A stretch of 64,000 bases of DNA. It comes from Candidatus Doudnabacteria bacterium (GTDB taxonomy: Bacteria; Patescibacteriota; Doudnabacteria; UBA920). Of the stretch, positions 9,198 to 18,918 are shown in pieces. The notes beneath the pieces are model-generated. The model saw only the letters and a program-made list of their open reading frames with translations, was not told the origin of the DNA and searched no databases. A program made the translations under genes and the position numbers. The stretch lies in contig CAWINB010000001.1 of the NCBI GenBank assembly GCA_963837465.1, positions 220,981-284,980 of the forward strand, read 5' to 3'. The stretch's first letter is position 1, and every line of letters begins with the position of its first letter.

Positions 9198-9325
9198 AAA
9201 TACGCCGCTAATTAATCGCTGATGAGTACGTGGATTGATAGCCGAACCGGGATCTCAGCAACTTTTCAGCGGCTGCAGACCTATCCAGTGTTAGTTCAGC
9301 GCCCAAAAAAATATACACAGAAATA

Positions 9326-9360
9326 CCCACTTATCCCCACCTACTACCACTTTTTACCAT
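9326..9360 (-). promoter_or_regulatory. MraZ operator boxes
   Basis: GTGGG/GTGGT-type pentamers at 10-bp spacing upstream of mraZ. Confidence 0.7.
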
Positions 9361-9598
9361 TACCTAAACATTATACTCCACAAATCCCCATAAGTCAAAG
9401 CTGTAAAAATTATGTAAAACAACAAAAAACCTCTTATTAAAGAGGTTTTTAAAATATCCCTTGGCTGCTATCCACAGCAGTTCATCACTCAAGAAACCGG
9501 GAACTATCCCTTTACAGCAGGCTTATGACGGAAATAGGCAAAGGCGATTTAAAATCGCCGCTAATCTTAGTTAGTCATTAATTTTGGATTACTTAAAC

Positions 9599-10120
9599 CT
9601 ACGGCGCTTTGGTTTGTTCCGGATCGTGTTTGTCAATATCATCCCTATTCATACCAAAATCCTCTAAGCATAGATTGCGGAAATAAATAGCTCCTACTCT
9701 CCTTAAAATATTGGTGCTGATACCTTTTTCAAAGGCAAATTTCTTTAACTTATCGTCAAAAACAGGATCAAACGCAGTTATGTCAAAAACCTTAAAAATA
9801 TGTTTTTGAACTTCATACGGATTTGTTGTTTTTTTCTCCTCGCAAATTTTTATAAAATCACTTTTATGGGCATCTATATATTCTTTCATTCCGCTTTCCA
9901 CCAGCCAGCTCTCGCCGGTAGAATTTAAATTTACCGGCGAATGAGAGCTAAAAGCCGGGGTTTTCGTGTTTTCAGAATCAACCTTCAGGTCGTGTAAAGT
10001 GTCTTTCACCCACTGCATTGAAGTTTCCAAGGCCGTAAAACGACCGTTGGAATACCATGCGATACAAATCAAAAAACCTACCAACCCTAAAAAATATTCC
10101 CAACCAATTTGGATAGTCAT
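9599..10120 (-). CDS. Hypothetical protein with an N-terminal TM segment
   Basis: AT-rich ORF; no family recognised. Confidence 0.7.
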   Translation of the reverse strand: MTIQIGWEYFLGLVGFLICIAWYSNGRFTALETSMQWVKDTLHDLKVDSENTKTPAFSSHSPVNLNSTGESWLVESGMKEYIDAHKSDFIKICEEKKTTNPYEVQKHIFKVFDITAFDPVFDDKLKKFAFEKGISTNILRRVGAIYFRNLCLEDFGMNRDDIDKHDPEQTKAP

Positions 10121-10194
10121 ATAAAATTCATTCCCGGATAAATTGTAACTTAAATTTATTGCCGCTACAAGCAAAAGTTATCCACATAATAGCC

Positions 10195-10677
10195 TTAAAC
10201 AAGAGCGATTTTATAAGCCGCGACACCAAAGGCTACCGAGACATTCAGGCTTTCTTTTTTGCCCAGCATGGGAATTTGGACGATTTGGTCGCAGAGTTTT
10301 AGCATTGGCTTTGATATCCCCCGGACTTCTTCGCCTAAAACCAAAGCCAACGGAAACTTGGGTTTGAATTTATTGATGTTAAGCGGGCGACCAAGGGAGG
10401 CCCCTGCGCTGTTTTCCAAAGCTACAATGTTTACGCCTTGGGTCTTTAGTTTTTTAATTAATCTTACCGGGGATTTTTGGTATTCCCAGGCCACCCATTT
10501 TTCCGCGCCCAGCGCGCTTTTGGCAATCCTTTTTTCCTGAAACTGATCTTTGGGCGTGCCGGTATATCCCGTTAAATAAATTTTGCCTGCTCCAAAAGCA
10601 TCGGCAGTACGAAAAAGCGACCCGACGTTATACAGCGAACGCATGTTGTGGGCTATAACAAAAAAATCTTTGGGCAT
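10195..10677 (-). CDS. SpoU/TrmH family RNA methyltransferase
   Basis: NVGSLFRTAD, GEEVRGI and IPMLGKKESLNVSVA motifs. Confidence 0.92.
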   Translation of the reverse strand: MPKDFFVIAHNMRSLYNVGSLFRTADAFGAGKIYLTGYTGTPKDQFQEKRIAKSALGAEKWVAWEYQKSPVRLIKKLKTQGVNIVALENSAGASLGRPLNINKFKPKFPLALVLGEEVRGISKPMLKLCDQIVQIPMLGKKESLNVSVAFGVAAYKIALV

Positions 10678-10688
10678 AATAATACCAA

Positions 10689-10715
10689 TAGTGTCAAGGG
10701 TCACCCTTGACACTA
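10689..10715. repeat. 27-bp perfect palindrome, copy 1
   Basis: TAGTGTCAAGGGTCACCCTTGACACTA, identical to 31951-31977. Confidence 0.9.
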
Positions 10716-10717
10716 TT

Positions 10718-11137
10718 TCAAACCAAGAGATTTAAATTCAAACTACTGTCCATTTCCCGCTTCATTTCTCCTTCAAGTCTTGTTAAAAATATTTCGCAGG
10801 TGGCGGAAATTACGAGTTTAAAAATATGGCCGCCGATGGCGGTTAAATCTTCGCGGGCAAATGTGCCATGGATGTGGAGCGCCGGTTGGCCGTTTGAAAT
10901 TGCGGCATTGCCGGTAAGCGAAGTTATTTCCAGCTTTTGCTTTATTTCGGTTTTAATGTAATTTTTTGATTTAAAATCAAAGTACGACAATTCCAGTTGG
11001 TCGCAGGCGCCGATTCCGTTAAAAAAAGCGGCCGTAATATTGTGGGCCGATAAAAATCGCGTTAAGGAAACAAAAACTTCTTCGCCTTTGTCAAAACGCA
11101 AGACAAAATAGTTGTTGTCTTGGAGAACTAGTTTCAT
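10718..11137 (-). CDS. PPC/DUF296 domain protein
   Basis: LEITSLTGN, HIHGTF and GGHI motifs. Confidence 0.9.
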   Translation of the reverse strand: MKLVLQDNNYFVLRFDKGEEVFVSLTRFLSAHNITAAFFNGIGACDQLELSYFDFKSKNYIKTEIKQKLEITSLTGNAAISNGQPALHIHGTFAREDLTAIGGHIFKLVISATCEIFLTRLEGEMKREMDSSLNLNLLV

Positions 11138-11143
11138 AGTCAA

Positions 11144-11250
11144 TTGAATTTACGAACGGAAACGAATCTGCGAATAGCTCCGAATACCGAAGCGTCGGCA
11201 TTCGTATATTCGTAAATATTAGTTGATTCGTCTGAATTCGTAGATTCGAT
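11144..11250. repeat. ACGAAT/ATTCGT-type inverted tandem-repeat element
   Basis: CGAA(T) units face (A)TTCGT units; same family as 13694-13801, 58732-58851 and 61640-61726. Confidence 0.8.
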
Positions 11251-11633
11251 TACGTTAGCTTAACGCTGCGCGCCAGCACATCCCGGACTTTTTGGATTAT
11301 ATCATCCACGGACTGGTCGGACTTAAGCAAATAATCCACAGCCCCGGCTTCCACGATTTTGCTTATAGTTTCCACATCACCAATGTTGGTCAAAACCACC
11401 ACCGGGATTTTGGCTGTGTTTGGGTCGGCTTTAAGCTCCCAAAGCACGGAAATACCGTCAAGTTTGGGCATCATAATATCCAATAAAACCAAATCAGGCA
11501 CTATTTCCTTGGCTTTGGCCACGGCTTCTTCGCCGTCGTAGGCCGGAGTAGGCTCAAAACCGGCCTGTTTAAGGGCTTCGCAAAGCGAGTTGGAGATCAA
11601 TTTGTCGTCTTCGGCCGCTAAAATTTTTGGCAT
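11250..11633 (-). CDS. Single-domain response regulator
   Basis: AEDD, LLDIMMPKLDG and YLLK motifs. Confidence 0.93.
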   Translation of the reverse strand: MPKILAAEDDKLISNSLCEALKQAGFEPTPAYDGEEAVAKAKEIVPDLVLLDIMMPKLDGISVLWELKADPNTAKIPVVVLTNIGDVETISKIVEAGAVDYLLKSDQSVDDIIQKVRDVLARSVKLT

Positions 11634-11784
11634 AATTTGTGGTCTTTCTTTAAAAGTATATTATAAATATAGCCGATTATTAATTTTTGGGCAACTGCCG
11701 CTTGTATAATTACTTATGGTCTTGTTGTACGGCATGCCGATTCATCGATCTCCTATAATTACTGATTGCCGGTAAATCGTCAGG

Positions 11785-12000
11785 TTACTGTTTAGAATTG
11801 TGTAATACATCCTCCAAAGCCATTAAGCTGGGTTTCATTCTTTCGGCCAAAGGGCCGACTTTTTCAATCAGGTACCGCGCCAGGGAATACATATTATCCA
11901 GTTCAGCTTTGGTGGAAACTATACCGCAAGCGTAAATGTAAATATGGCTATTCACAAATTCCAGACTGAAATTCTTCCACTGGTCCTGGATTTTTTCCAT
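11785..12000 (-). CDS. Small hypothetical protein
   Basis: 71-aa ORF co-oriented between the kinase and the regulator. Confidence 0.5.
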   Translation of the reverse strand: MEKIQDQWKNFSLEFVNSHIYIYACGIVSTKAELDNMYSLARYLIEKVGPLAERMKPSLMALEDVLHNSKQ

Positions 12001-12012
12001 AAAATTCAGAGC

Positions 12013-13683
12013 CTATTTATCCAGCGGCAACGAAAAAGAAAAAGTGCTGCCCAAGCCCTCTCCGGCCGACTCGGCCCAAATCCTGCCGCCGTGCGTCTCC
12101 ACAATCCCCCTGCTGACTACCAAACCCAAGCCTGTACCCTTGCGCGCGTGGTCTCCTGTTTTAAGCTGCTTAAACTTACTGAATAAGTCCGCCAAGTCTT
12201 CGCGCGAAACGCCGATGCCGGTATCTTTAACGGAAACCGTCGCAATTTTTTCGCCGGCGTTTAAAGAAAGATTCATGTTAATCTGGCCGCTGTCGCTGTA
12301 CTTAATGGCGTTGCTTAAAAGATTGCCCAAAACCTGGCTGATTCTGACCCGGTCAAACTTCAGCAAATATTTGTCGGGCGCGGTAACGCCAATAGTTAAA
12401 TGTTTAGCCTCGGCCTGCGGCTTAAAGGCTTTGGCTTGTTCGTTTATAACTTCCACAATATCATACTGCTGCGGGTTAAGCTCAAATTTTCCGGCTTCTA
12501 TTTTGGCCACGTCCAGCAAATCGTTAACCAGCTCCAGCATATTGTTGGAAGCGGTTTCTATGGTCATCATAGTATCTTTAATCTTTGCCTGCTCCACGCC
12601 CGTGGCGGCGGCAACGCTTTTGAGCAAACTTTCGCTGGACCAGCGCACGGCCGTTAAAGGCGCCCTTAGTTCATGCACCATCATGGCCGTAAATTCCTGC
12701 CGCGTTTTTTCCAAAGTTTTTTCCGTAGTGATGTCGTGGAAAAGCACGCTGGCGGCTATAATCTGGCCGCGATTGTCTTTAACCGGGGAAATAGTCAGTT
12801 CCAAAGCTTTATCTTTCAAGACCACTTCCGGCAAAGTAATGGTTTTGCCCTGGGCTATGGCCTGGTCAATTTTGGTGCGCAAATCCACTTTGCCGGCCAA
12901 GCCGTCTATAATATCAAACATTGTCAGCGGCTTGCCCGGAGCAATGCCTAAAATTCCCAAAATCACGGGATTATAAACCCCCAGCTCATTGTTTAAATCC
13001 ACGGTAATAACGCCGTCAGCCAGGGAATAAATTACGGCGGCCAGTTTGCCTTTTTCACTTTCCAGCACCGCCTGCAGTTTGGAAACCGCGGTCGCGGCCT
13101 GGTTGGTAATGGCGTACAAAATAGAAGCCTGCTCCCCGCCGTAGCGGCCTTTTTCCGAGGAAGCTACGTTAATCAACCCCACCAGTTTTTCGGAAATGAC
13201 CACGGGCAAATTAAAAAACGACTCTACCCCGACTTTTAAACTGTCATCCAAAATGGTGCCGGTTATGCTCTCGTCCACGCTTAAGGAATTCCGGATTTTT
13301 TTGTCCAAAATGGCTTCGTAGGACATCATCATTTTTTCCTTGACCTGCTCTATAAAATTATGATTGACGGGGTTGGCCACCTGGCACTTAAACACCGTCC
13401 GTCCGTCGTTTTCCAAAACCATATAGGAAACCGTATCGTAATTTAAAAGATTGCCCAGGGAGCTGGTAATAATATCCACGATTTTGTTGGTATTCAAAGA
13501 ATAGCCGATGCGCTCGCTGATTTCCTTGAGCACCTGGGCCTGGTAAACCCTTTGCTGGAGCGTTAAAGACTGGTTGGCCTGGGAACGCAAAAATTTGCGT
13601 TCGCGCAAAGAAGCGTAAATATAAGCGCTGACCACAATGGCCAGCATCACAAAATCTATGGCGATGAGGATGTTGATTATCAT
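12013..13683 (-). CDS. Sensor histidine kinase (GAF, PAS, HisKA, HATPase)
   Basis: MVHELRAPL, NLLSNAIKYS, DTGIG and GTGLGL motifs. Confidence 0.95.
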   Translation of the reverse strand: MIINILIAIDFVMLAIVVSAYIYASLRERKFLRSQANQSLTLQQRVYQAQVLKEISERIGYSLNTNKIVDIITSSLGNLLNYDTVSYMVLENDGRTVFKCQVANPVNHNFIEQVKEKMMMSYEAILDKKIRNSLSVDESITGTILDDSLKVGVESFFNLPVVISEKLVGLINVASSEKGRYGGEQASILYAITNQAATAVSKLQAVLESEKGKLAAVIYSLADGVITVDLNNELGVYNPVILGILGIAPGKPLTMFDIIDGLAGKVDLRTKIDQAIAQGKTITLPEVVLKDKALELTISPVKDNRGQIIAASVLFHDITTEKTLEKTRQEFTAMMVHELRAPLTAVRWSSESLLKSVAAATGVEQAKIKDTMMTIETASNNMLELVNDLLDVAKIEAGKFELNPQQYDIVEVINEQAKAFKPQAEAKHLTIGVTAPDKYLLKFDRVRISQVLGNLLSNAIKYSDSGQINMNLSLNAGEKIATVSVKDTGIGVSREDLADLFSKFKQLKTGDHARKGTGLGLVVSRGIVETHGGRIWAESAGEGLGSTFSFSLPLDK

Positions 13684-13693
13684 TTTTGTTTTT

Positions 13694-13801
13694 ATCGAAT
13701 ATACGAATTCAGACGAATAAACGAATGTCTACGAATTTACGAATGATGGCGCCGGTATTCGTAGTTATTCGTGGATTCGTTTCTATTCGTAAATTCGATT
13801 T
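13694..13801. repeat. ACGAAT/ATTCGT-type inverted tandem-repeat element
   Basis: About six CGAAT units face five ATTCG units. Confidence 0.85.
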
Positions 13802-13803
13802 AT

Positions 13804-14070
13804 TTACAAAGCTTTAACCTGGGGATATTTTTCCAAAAGCGAATTTAAGGTCATTTGGGCAATCTGCCCGGACAGGGTCATATATTCGTTGGCCACGCCT
13901 TTTAAAACCATTTGCGGGTCGCCGTCCATATCCAAAACCGAGCCGTCATCCGTGACTTTTAACCCGGGGACTTTTCGCGCCTTATCCAAAGCAATATTCG
14001 GCCCCAAAACCACCATCTGCTTCTGGATTAAATCCGTCAGCATTTTTTTGTAATCACCCTGTTCCGGCAT
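13804..14070 (-). CDS. Hypothetical protein upstream of the kinase
   Basis: 88-aa ORF with native codon usage. Confidence 0.75.
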   Translation of the reverse strand: MPEQGDYKKMLTDLIQKQMVVLGPNIALDKARKVPGLKVTDDGSVLDMDGDPQMVLKGVANEYMTLSGQIAQMTLNSLLEKYPQVKAL

Positions 14071-14184
14071 AGTGTTAGTTTTTGTGTCTTAGTTGATGTC
14101 TTGCTTATGCCTATATTCTACCACACTTTTACAAAATTTAAAAAGCGCGGCAAACCTTACTAAAAACGCGTTTTAAAATGGGTT

Positions 14185-14835
14185 CTACTCTCCCGGATCG
14201 TTAACATTTTTCGGGAACTTAAAACTGGCGATAATTTTTTTAAATACAGCCATATCGTCAAAGGGGGTACTCGTTGGGGTAGCATTAATACTGGCAATGG
14301 TTAGTATAGTAATATCACCTGTCGGATAGTTTTGGGCTGCCAAGACTATTTGGTTTTTTTGGATCAAATCCGCGCGTAAAAAATAGGGACTTCCGGGCAG
14401 AGTTGTGTCCTGCCATTGGGATAAATAGATAACCGAGTTTTGGTCTTCCGAAAATTTTTCAAAAGAAATGTTTTTGTATCCTGGGTCTTCATCTTCCCAC
14501 CCAAGGTTAGAGGCCTGTGTTTTAATACCGGCCATGGTAGCCATCGATTTAGGCAGATAATAGCTGCCCATATACAAAGTCGGGTTGCCATTGGCATCTG
14601 AAAACTCATTACCATCATTATTTGCCTGCCAGGACGACGGCACGGTTATTTCATAGTGGAAGGTGGGGCTGGTATAGCTTTGCCAACTACCGGTTAAAGC
14701 CGACTGCTCAAGCTTTTTCGGCAACGGCGAAAATGAACCCCCCATATACAAAGACTGGCTTAAAATAAAATAAACCGAAACGACGGTGGAGGCAATTAAG
14801 GCCAAAACAATAACAACCCAGTATTTTAGTTTCAT
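14185..14835 (-). CDS. Exported or membrane-anchored protein (PsbP-like WxxY..F..P..W motif)
   Basis: N-terminal TM segment, then WQSYTSPTFHYEITVPSSW. Confidence 0.65.
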   Translation of the reverse strand: MKLKYWVVIVLALIASTVVSVYFILSQSLYMGGSFSPLPKKLEQSALTGSWQSYTSPTFHYEITVPSSWQANNDGNEFSDANGNPTLYMGSYYLPKSMATMAGIKTQASNLGWEDEDPGYKNISFEKFSEDQNSVIYLSQWQDTTLPGSPYFLRADLIQKNQIVLAAQNYPTGDITILTIASINATPTSTPFDDMAVFKKIIASFKFPKNVNDPGE

Positions 14836-14939
14836 AAAATTATTTTATTTTTATTCCGGAAGCTTTGATTGTTTTTATTATAGCAAAAAAATTTGAAGCG
14901 GCCCAAATCAAGCGCCTCTTTTTTGGACTTGGAGCCTGT

Positions 14940-15212
14940 TTAGTAAATTGAGACGTGAAGTTTTGCTCCCAGGGCTTCTGTCAGCCTGTTTAAGAATTGG
15001 AGCGACGGGCTAAAATCGCCCCGCTCTAGTCTTGAGATTACCGGCTGTTTAGTTTTAGCTCTTACGGCCAATTGTTTCTGGGTTAAACCTTCCTTTAGCC
15101 TTTTCTCTATAATCATTTCCACCACGGCAAATTCCAGGCCCAAATCCTTGTAGGCCTTGCTGATTTTTTTGTCTTTTAAAAGCTGCTTTTTAAAATTTTT
15201 ATAGTTGCCCAT
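14940..15212 (-). CDS. XRE-family HTH antitoxin (HigA-like)
   Basis: GLTQKQLA..TKQPVISRLERG motif. Confidence 0.88.
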   Translation of the reverse strand: MGNYKNFKKQLLKDKKISKAYKDLGLEFAVVEMIIEKRLKEGLTQKQLAVRAKTKQPVISRLERGDFSPSLQFLNRLTEALGAKLHVSIY

Positions 15213-15270
15213 AAATATTCTTTTGGTTAATATCTACCCGAATATAATATACTCTATAGGTTATATTCTG

Positions 15271-15450
15271 TCAAGCCACTAAATCCTTGTACTTATTAGT
15301 GGCTTTAGGCAGCTCTTTTTCGGGAATTTTTTGGGACTTCTTAACAAATCCTGACAAAAGATGAATTTGCCCTTTATGGAAACAGTAAAAAATCCTGACT
15401 TCCTGCCGACCTCTGACCCTCAACTCAAAAAATAATTTTGGTTTATGCCT
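15271..15450 (-). pseudogene. C-terminal remnant of a RelE/HigB (Gp49-like) toxin
   Basis: Hand translation gives FELRVRGRQEVRIFYCFHKGQIHLLSGFVKKSQKIPEKEL..., preceded by an in-frame TAG; the N-terminus is missing. Confidence 0.75.
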
Positions 15451-15454
15451 CTAT

Positions 15455-16870
15455 TTACGTGCCTTTATCCGCGTATTTTTCGCGCAGGCGCCCAAAACCA
15501 ATGGAGTCGCGAAAGACTTTGCCGGCGGCGAGGACGGGGGCGCGGCAGACGGTGAAATCGCCGTATTTGTTGTTAATTTGGTCCAGGGCAAAACTGACGC
15601 GGCTTTTTTTGTCCTCGCGCTCAAATAAACCAAGCTGGTGGGCAAGGGGGATTAAGCCGCCTACGGTGACACCGATTAATTTAAATTCCCGGGGCGGAGC
15701 GCTTGCCATCACAACTTTAAAAATCTTTACGCACTGGGAAAAAATTTCCCGGCCGTCGTAAAGGTAAAAGCCCAGTTTTTCGTCCTTGCCAAAAGACTGG
15801 TAATTTTTGTCGCGGACGTAAAAGCTGACAACATTACCCATAAGCCCCTGCCGGCGCAGCCTGCGGCCCACCATCTCGCACAATTTGTACAGCACCGGCA
15901 TAAAAAATTCCGGCTTTCGGTATTCCATAGGCAGGGTATACATATGGCCGATGGATTTAATTTTATCATCCTGCTCAACCTGCGGCTTCCAAGTAGATTC
16001 CAGTTGCCCCATAGCGTGCAAGTGATGCCCTAAGATGCCAAACCTTGCCACCAACTTGGAACGCGGATAATCCCGCAAATCTTTTAAGCTGTTAATGCCC
16101 AGTTCCCCAAGCCGTTTTTCCTGCCGCCGCGCTATGCCGGGGATGTCTGTCAACTTAAGCTTATTGTAAAGTTCCTCTTTTTCCAGAATTAACGGCTTTT
16201 TATTTTGCTGGCTAATCTCTAACCCCTTAGCCCTAAACCCTATCACCACCATTCCATCCGGTTTTTGCATATCCGAAGCAATTTTAGCCAGCAGTTTATT
16301 TTCCGCAATTCCTATACTGCAACTCAACCAATCCCCGACTTCTTTTTTCATCCGCGCTTTAATTTCACCGGCAATATTTATAGCCTCTTGAAACGGATTA
16401 ATATTGCATTCCGATACCATCCCGAACGGAGTGAGGGATCCCTTAATCACAAAATCATCAGGTAATCCGGAGTTAAGGGATTCCTCTCTCGGCTGCACTC
16501 GCTCGAAATGGTACCTATAGGCACTACTGCTATTACAAACCTTTGTCATATCTATAAAAACTTCGTCTATGCTATATTTTTCCACAAAATTACTGTAATC
16601 GCCCACAACTTTTACCATTAAGCGGTTGTAATAGCGGTAACGTTCCGGGTTGGTATGGACTAAAATAATTTTTGGATAAAGTTTTTTAGCCTCCCACACC
16701 GGCGTGCCGGTTTTAATCCCCCACCTTTTGGCCTCAATACTCGCCGCGATAATAATCCCGCCCAAATGCTCGCACACCCCCAAAGGCCTGCCGCGGTATT
16801 GGGGATTATCCTGCTGCTCAACGGAGGCAAAGTAACTGTTCATATCCAGATGGAAGATGATAGGCTGCAT
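15455..16870 (-). CDS. dinB: Y-family DNA polymerase IV with in-frame repeat insertions
   Basis: HLDMNSYFASVEQ, YSIDE and KIASDMQKPDG motifs. Confidence 0.93.
   Translation of the reverse strand: MQPIIFHLDMNSYFASVEQQDNPQYRGRPLGVCEHLGGIIIAASIEAKRWGIKTGTPVWEAKKLYPKIILVHTNPERYRYYNRLMVKVVGDYSNFVEKYSIDEVFIDMTKVCNSSSAYRYHFERVQPREESLNSGLPDDFVIKGSLTPFGMVSECNINPFQEAINIAGEIKARMKKEVGDWLSCSIGIAENKLLAKIASDMQKPDGMVVIGFRAKGLEISQQNKKPLILEKEELYNKLKLTDIPGIARRQEKRLGELGINSLKDLRDYPRSKLVARFGILGHHLHAMGQLESTWKPQVEQDDKIKSIGHMYTLPMEYRKPEFFMPVLYKLCEMVGRRLRRQGLMGNVVSFYVRDKNYQSFGKDEKLGFYLYDGREIFSQCVKIFKVVMASAPPREFKLIGVTVGGLIPLAHQLGLFEREDKKSRVSFALDQINNKYGDFTVCRAPVLAAGKVFRDSIGFGRLREKYADKGT
16415..16513. repeat. 99-bp palindromic element inserted in frame in dinB
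   Basis: TACCATCCCGAACG..GAGGGATCCCTTAA / TTAAGGGATTCCTC..CTCGGCTGCACTCGCTCGAAATGGTA; homologous to 18768-18858. Confidence 0.85.
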
Positions 16871-17016
16871 ATATAACTGATAAGAATTAATTTATAACTA
16901 ATAACTACTTTGTTATAAGTTATAAATTAAGGGTTATCTATAATGTATACAACCGTTCACCTTATGTCAATAAATTTTTAGGCGCTGGTTTTTTTGACCA
17001 GCGCCCCCGGCAATGC

Positions 17017-17277
17017 CTAACCAAGCTCTAATCGACGGACCAGATAGCGCTTTAAAGAAGTCGCGATGCTCTTTCTGTCTTTGGCCTCCTTAACGCGAGT
17101 GTGGCCAACGATAATTACAAGAGTTAGGCCGTCCTGAATAGGCTCAATGCGAACACCCCCTTTGTAGGTCGGCTTACGCCGACTTCCCCTTTGGATCCGC
17201 CACAGCGACAACAGCCGAATAACTTGGCGGCGGTTAACCTTGCCCGCTACGAGCAAACTCAAACGATAATCGTACAT
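17017..17277 (-). CDS. Basic orphan protein
   Basis: AGGGG SD before ATG 17277; TTGACA..TAAACT promoter at about 17345-17372; hairpin at about 16980-17004 downstream. Confidence 0.5.
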   Translation of the reverse strand: MYDYRLSLLVAGKVNRRQVIRLLSLWRIQRGSRRKPTYKGGVRIEPIQDGLTLVIIVGHTRVKEAKDRKSIATSLKRYLVRRLELG

Positions 17278-17396
17278 TACATTCCCCCTGTAAAATAAAA
17301 AGCCGTCTGCCAAACGAATGGATCGTTTTTGCGGACGGAGTTTAGTTTACCATCATAAATCAGATTGTCAAATACTTCGCCAAAGCACCATTTCAC

Positions 17397-17834
17397 TTAA
17401 TTATGGGTGTGGTCCGCAACGTGGTGGTCGTTGTGATGGCCAGCCCCGTGGGCGTGGTGCTTGGCCTGGAGTTCTTTACGGATCTGGATGTGGCGTTTTT
17501 TGTGGAAGATGAGGGCGCTCAGGATTAAAAAAATGTAGGATATCCAGTACTCCGGTTTGGTAAATATGGACAGTCCGGTAAAATTGCCGGTTATTAGGAG
17601 ATCTAAAAAAGCTCCCCCCAAAACCCAGGCAAACAGGATAAAAAATACTTCCAGGTAATTGATAACGCCAAACCTCCTTATCACAGCCGCGCCGACTAAG
17701 GCGGTGATAACCCAAAAAACCCAGGACTGCAGCAGGGGCCCGGAAAAAATCTGGCTGTTAAAAAACCAGACTTTAACAAAAGCCAAAATTATCCACTGCA
17801 GAAAAGAATAAAGGGAAAGGGTTTTTAGGTTCAT
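17397..17834 (-). CDS. Four-TM membrane protein with a His-rich tail
   Basis: Four hydrophobic segments, ending KHHAHGAGHHNDHHVADHTHN. Confidence 0.75.
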   Translation of the reverse strand: MNLKTLSLYSFLQWIILAFVKVWFFNSQIFSGPLLQSWVFWVITALVGAAVIRRFGVINYLEVFFILFAWVLGGAFLDLLITGNFTGLSIFTKPEYWISYIFLILSALIFHKKRHIQIRKELQAKHHAHGAGHHNDHHVADHTHN

Positions 17835-17889
17835 CTTTAGGACTTGCTCGTTTGATGCTATAAATAATTAAGAATCTACTTTAAAAACG

Positions 17890-18000
17890 AGGGGACAAAT
17901 TATTGGAAACGGATGGACACGGAAGCAAACAAACAGATAACACGGATTACTGCATTCCATCTGTGTTAATCTGTTTCAAATCTGTGTTTATCCGTGTTAT
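17890..18000. repeat. ACACGGAT/ATCCGTGT-type palindromic repeat element, copy 1
   Basis: Inverted copy of 18610-18750. Confidence 0.8.
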
Positions 18001-18028
18001 GTTATAAAATACTTCAATATGTTTCAAA

Positions 18029-18502
18029 TTAAAGGGAATTAAGTTTTTTTGGCGCGCGCCTGCGGACAATTTTGCGCTTAATGGCCGGCAAGGGGATTTT
18101 GGGCAAAGGTTTTTGGGGCAAATTTTCCAATTGGTTTAAATCTTCCGCCAGGCGGGTCCTTAAGGCGGCAATCGCGTTTTCATCTTGTTTAACTTCCGGA
18201 CGCGGGAAATAGCGGCTGCTTAAATGGCGCACAAAGCCCTTATGGGTTCCTTGTTCATAAATTTTGTCGTACCAGTAAAGGCCCAGCCAAATGCCGTACC
18301 AGGCGCCGAGCATCATAACCACAATTAAGATAAAATAATCAACCACCAAAAACTGCAAATAAGTGAAAGGCGGGACAATGTAGCCGCCGGCCGCTAAAAA
18401 TAAGTAAAAAAATACCACAATGCGGTCCAGCAGTAAAAACATCAGCACGCCCAGGACGGCGGTTAAAAAAATATAAAGGGATTTTTTGGCGGGGTATTGC
18501 AT
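18029..18502 (-). CDS. Hypothetical membrane protein
   Basis: Hydrophobic N-terminal half and a basic tail. Confidence 0.7.
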   Translation of the reverse strand: MQYPAKKSLYIFLTAVLGVLMFLLLDRIVVFFYLFLAAGGYIVPPFTYLQFLVVDYFILIVVMMLGAWYGIWLGLYWYDKIYEQGTHKGFVRHLSSRYFPRPEVKQDENAIAALRTRLAEDLNQLENLPQKPLPKIPLPAIKRKIVRRRAPKKLNSL

Positions 18503-18609
18503 ATATTTTTGTTTCGATGGATTTTTATATGAGCTTATTTTATTTATTATAGCCCAAAAACCAATTTTTGCCAAACTTTTGTTAAAAACTCGTTTTAAAA
18601 ATTATTTTT

Positions 18610-18884
18610 AGAACGGATGATAGCAGTTTATATAACATAACACCGATAAACACGGATATTAAACAGATTAACACAGATGACTTTGCATCCTATCCGTGTT
18701 TATCTGTTTGTCCACTTCCGTGTTCATCCGTTTCCAAAACTTGTCCCTCTTACTTTGAGTTACGAAACGCCATTCCGAGCGCAGCGAGGAATCCCTTTCG
18801 ATAAGAATTATCCTTAGATAAGGGATCCCTCACTCGGCTGCACTCGTTCGGGATGGCGAAAAGCCAGTGTTTCGTAATTCAAAG
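18610..18884. repeat. Cluster of repeats: ACACGGAT-type element, then a MITE-like element (18753-18884) with a nested palindrome (18768-18858)
   Basis: CTTTGAGTTACGAAAC/GTTTCGTAATTCAAAG termini enclose CGCCATTCCGAGCG..CGTTCGGGATGGCG. Confidence 0.8.
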
Positions 18885-18918
18885 CCACAAACTTGTCTTC
18901 TTGTGTTTAAAATAGGGT

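Noticed and set aside
12044-12976. Long plus-strand ORFs such as 12044..12976, 46823..47506 and 48566..49189
   Set aside because: They are antisense shadows of well-supported minus-strand genes and have no recognisable motifs.
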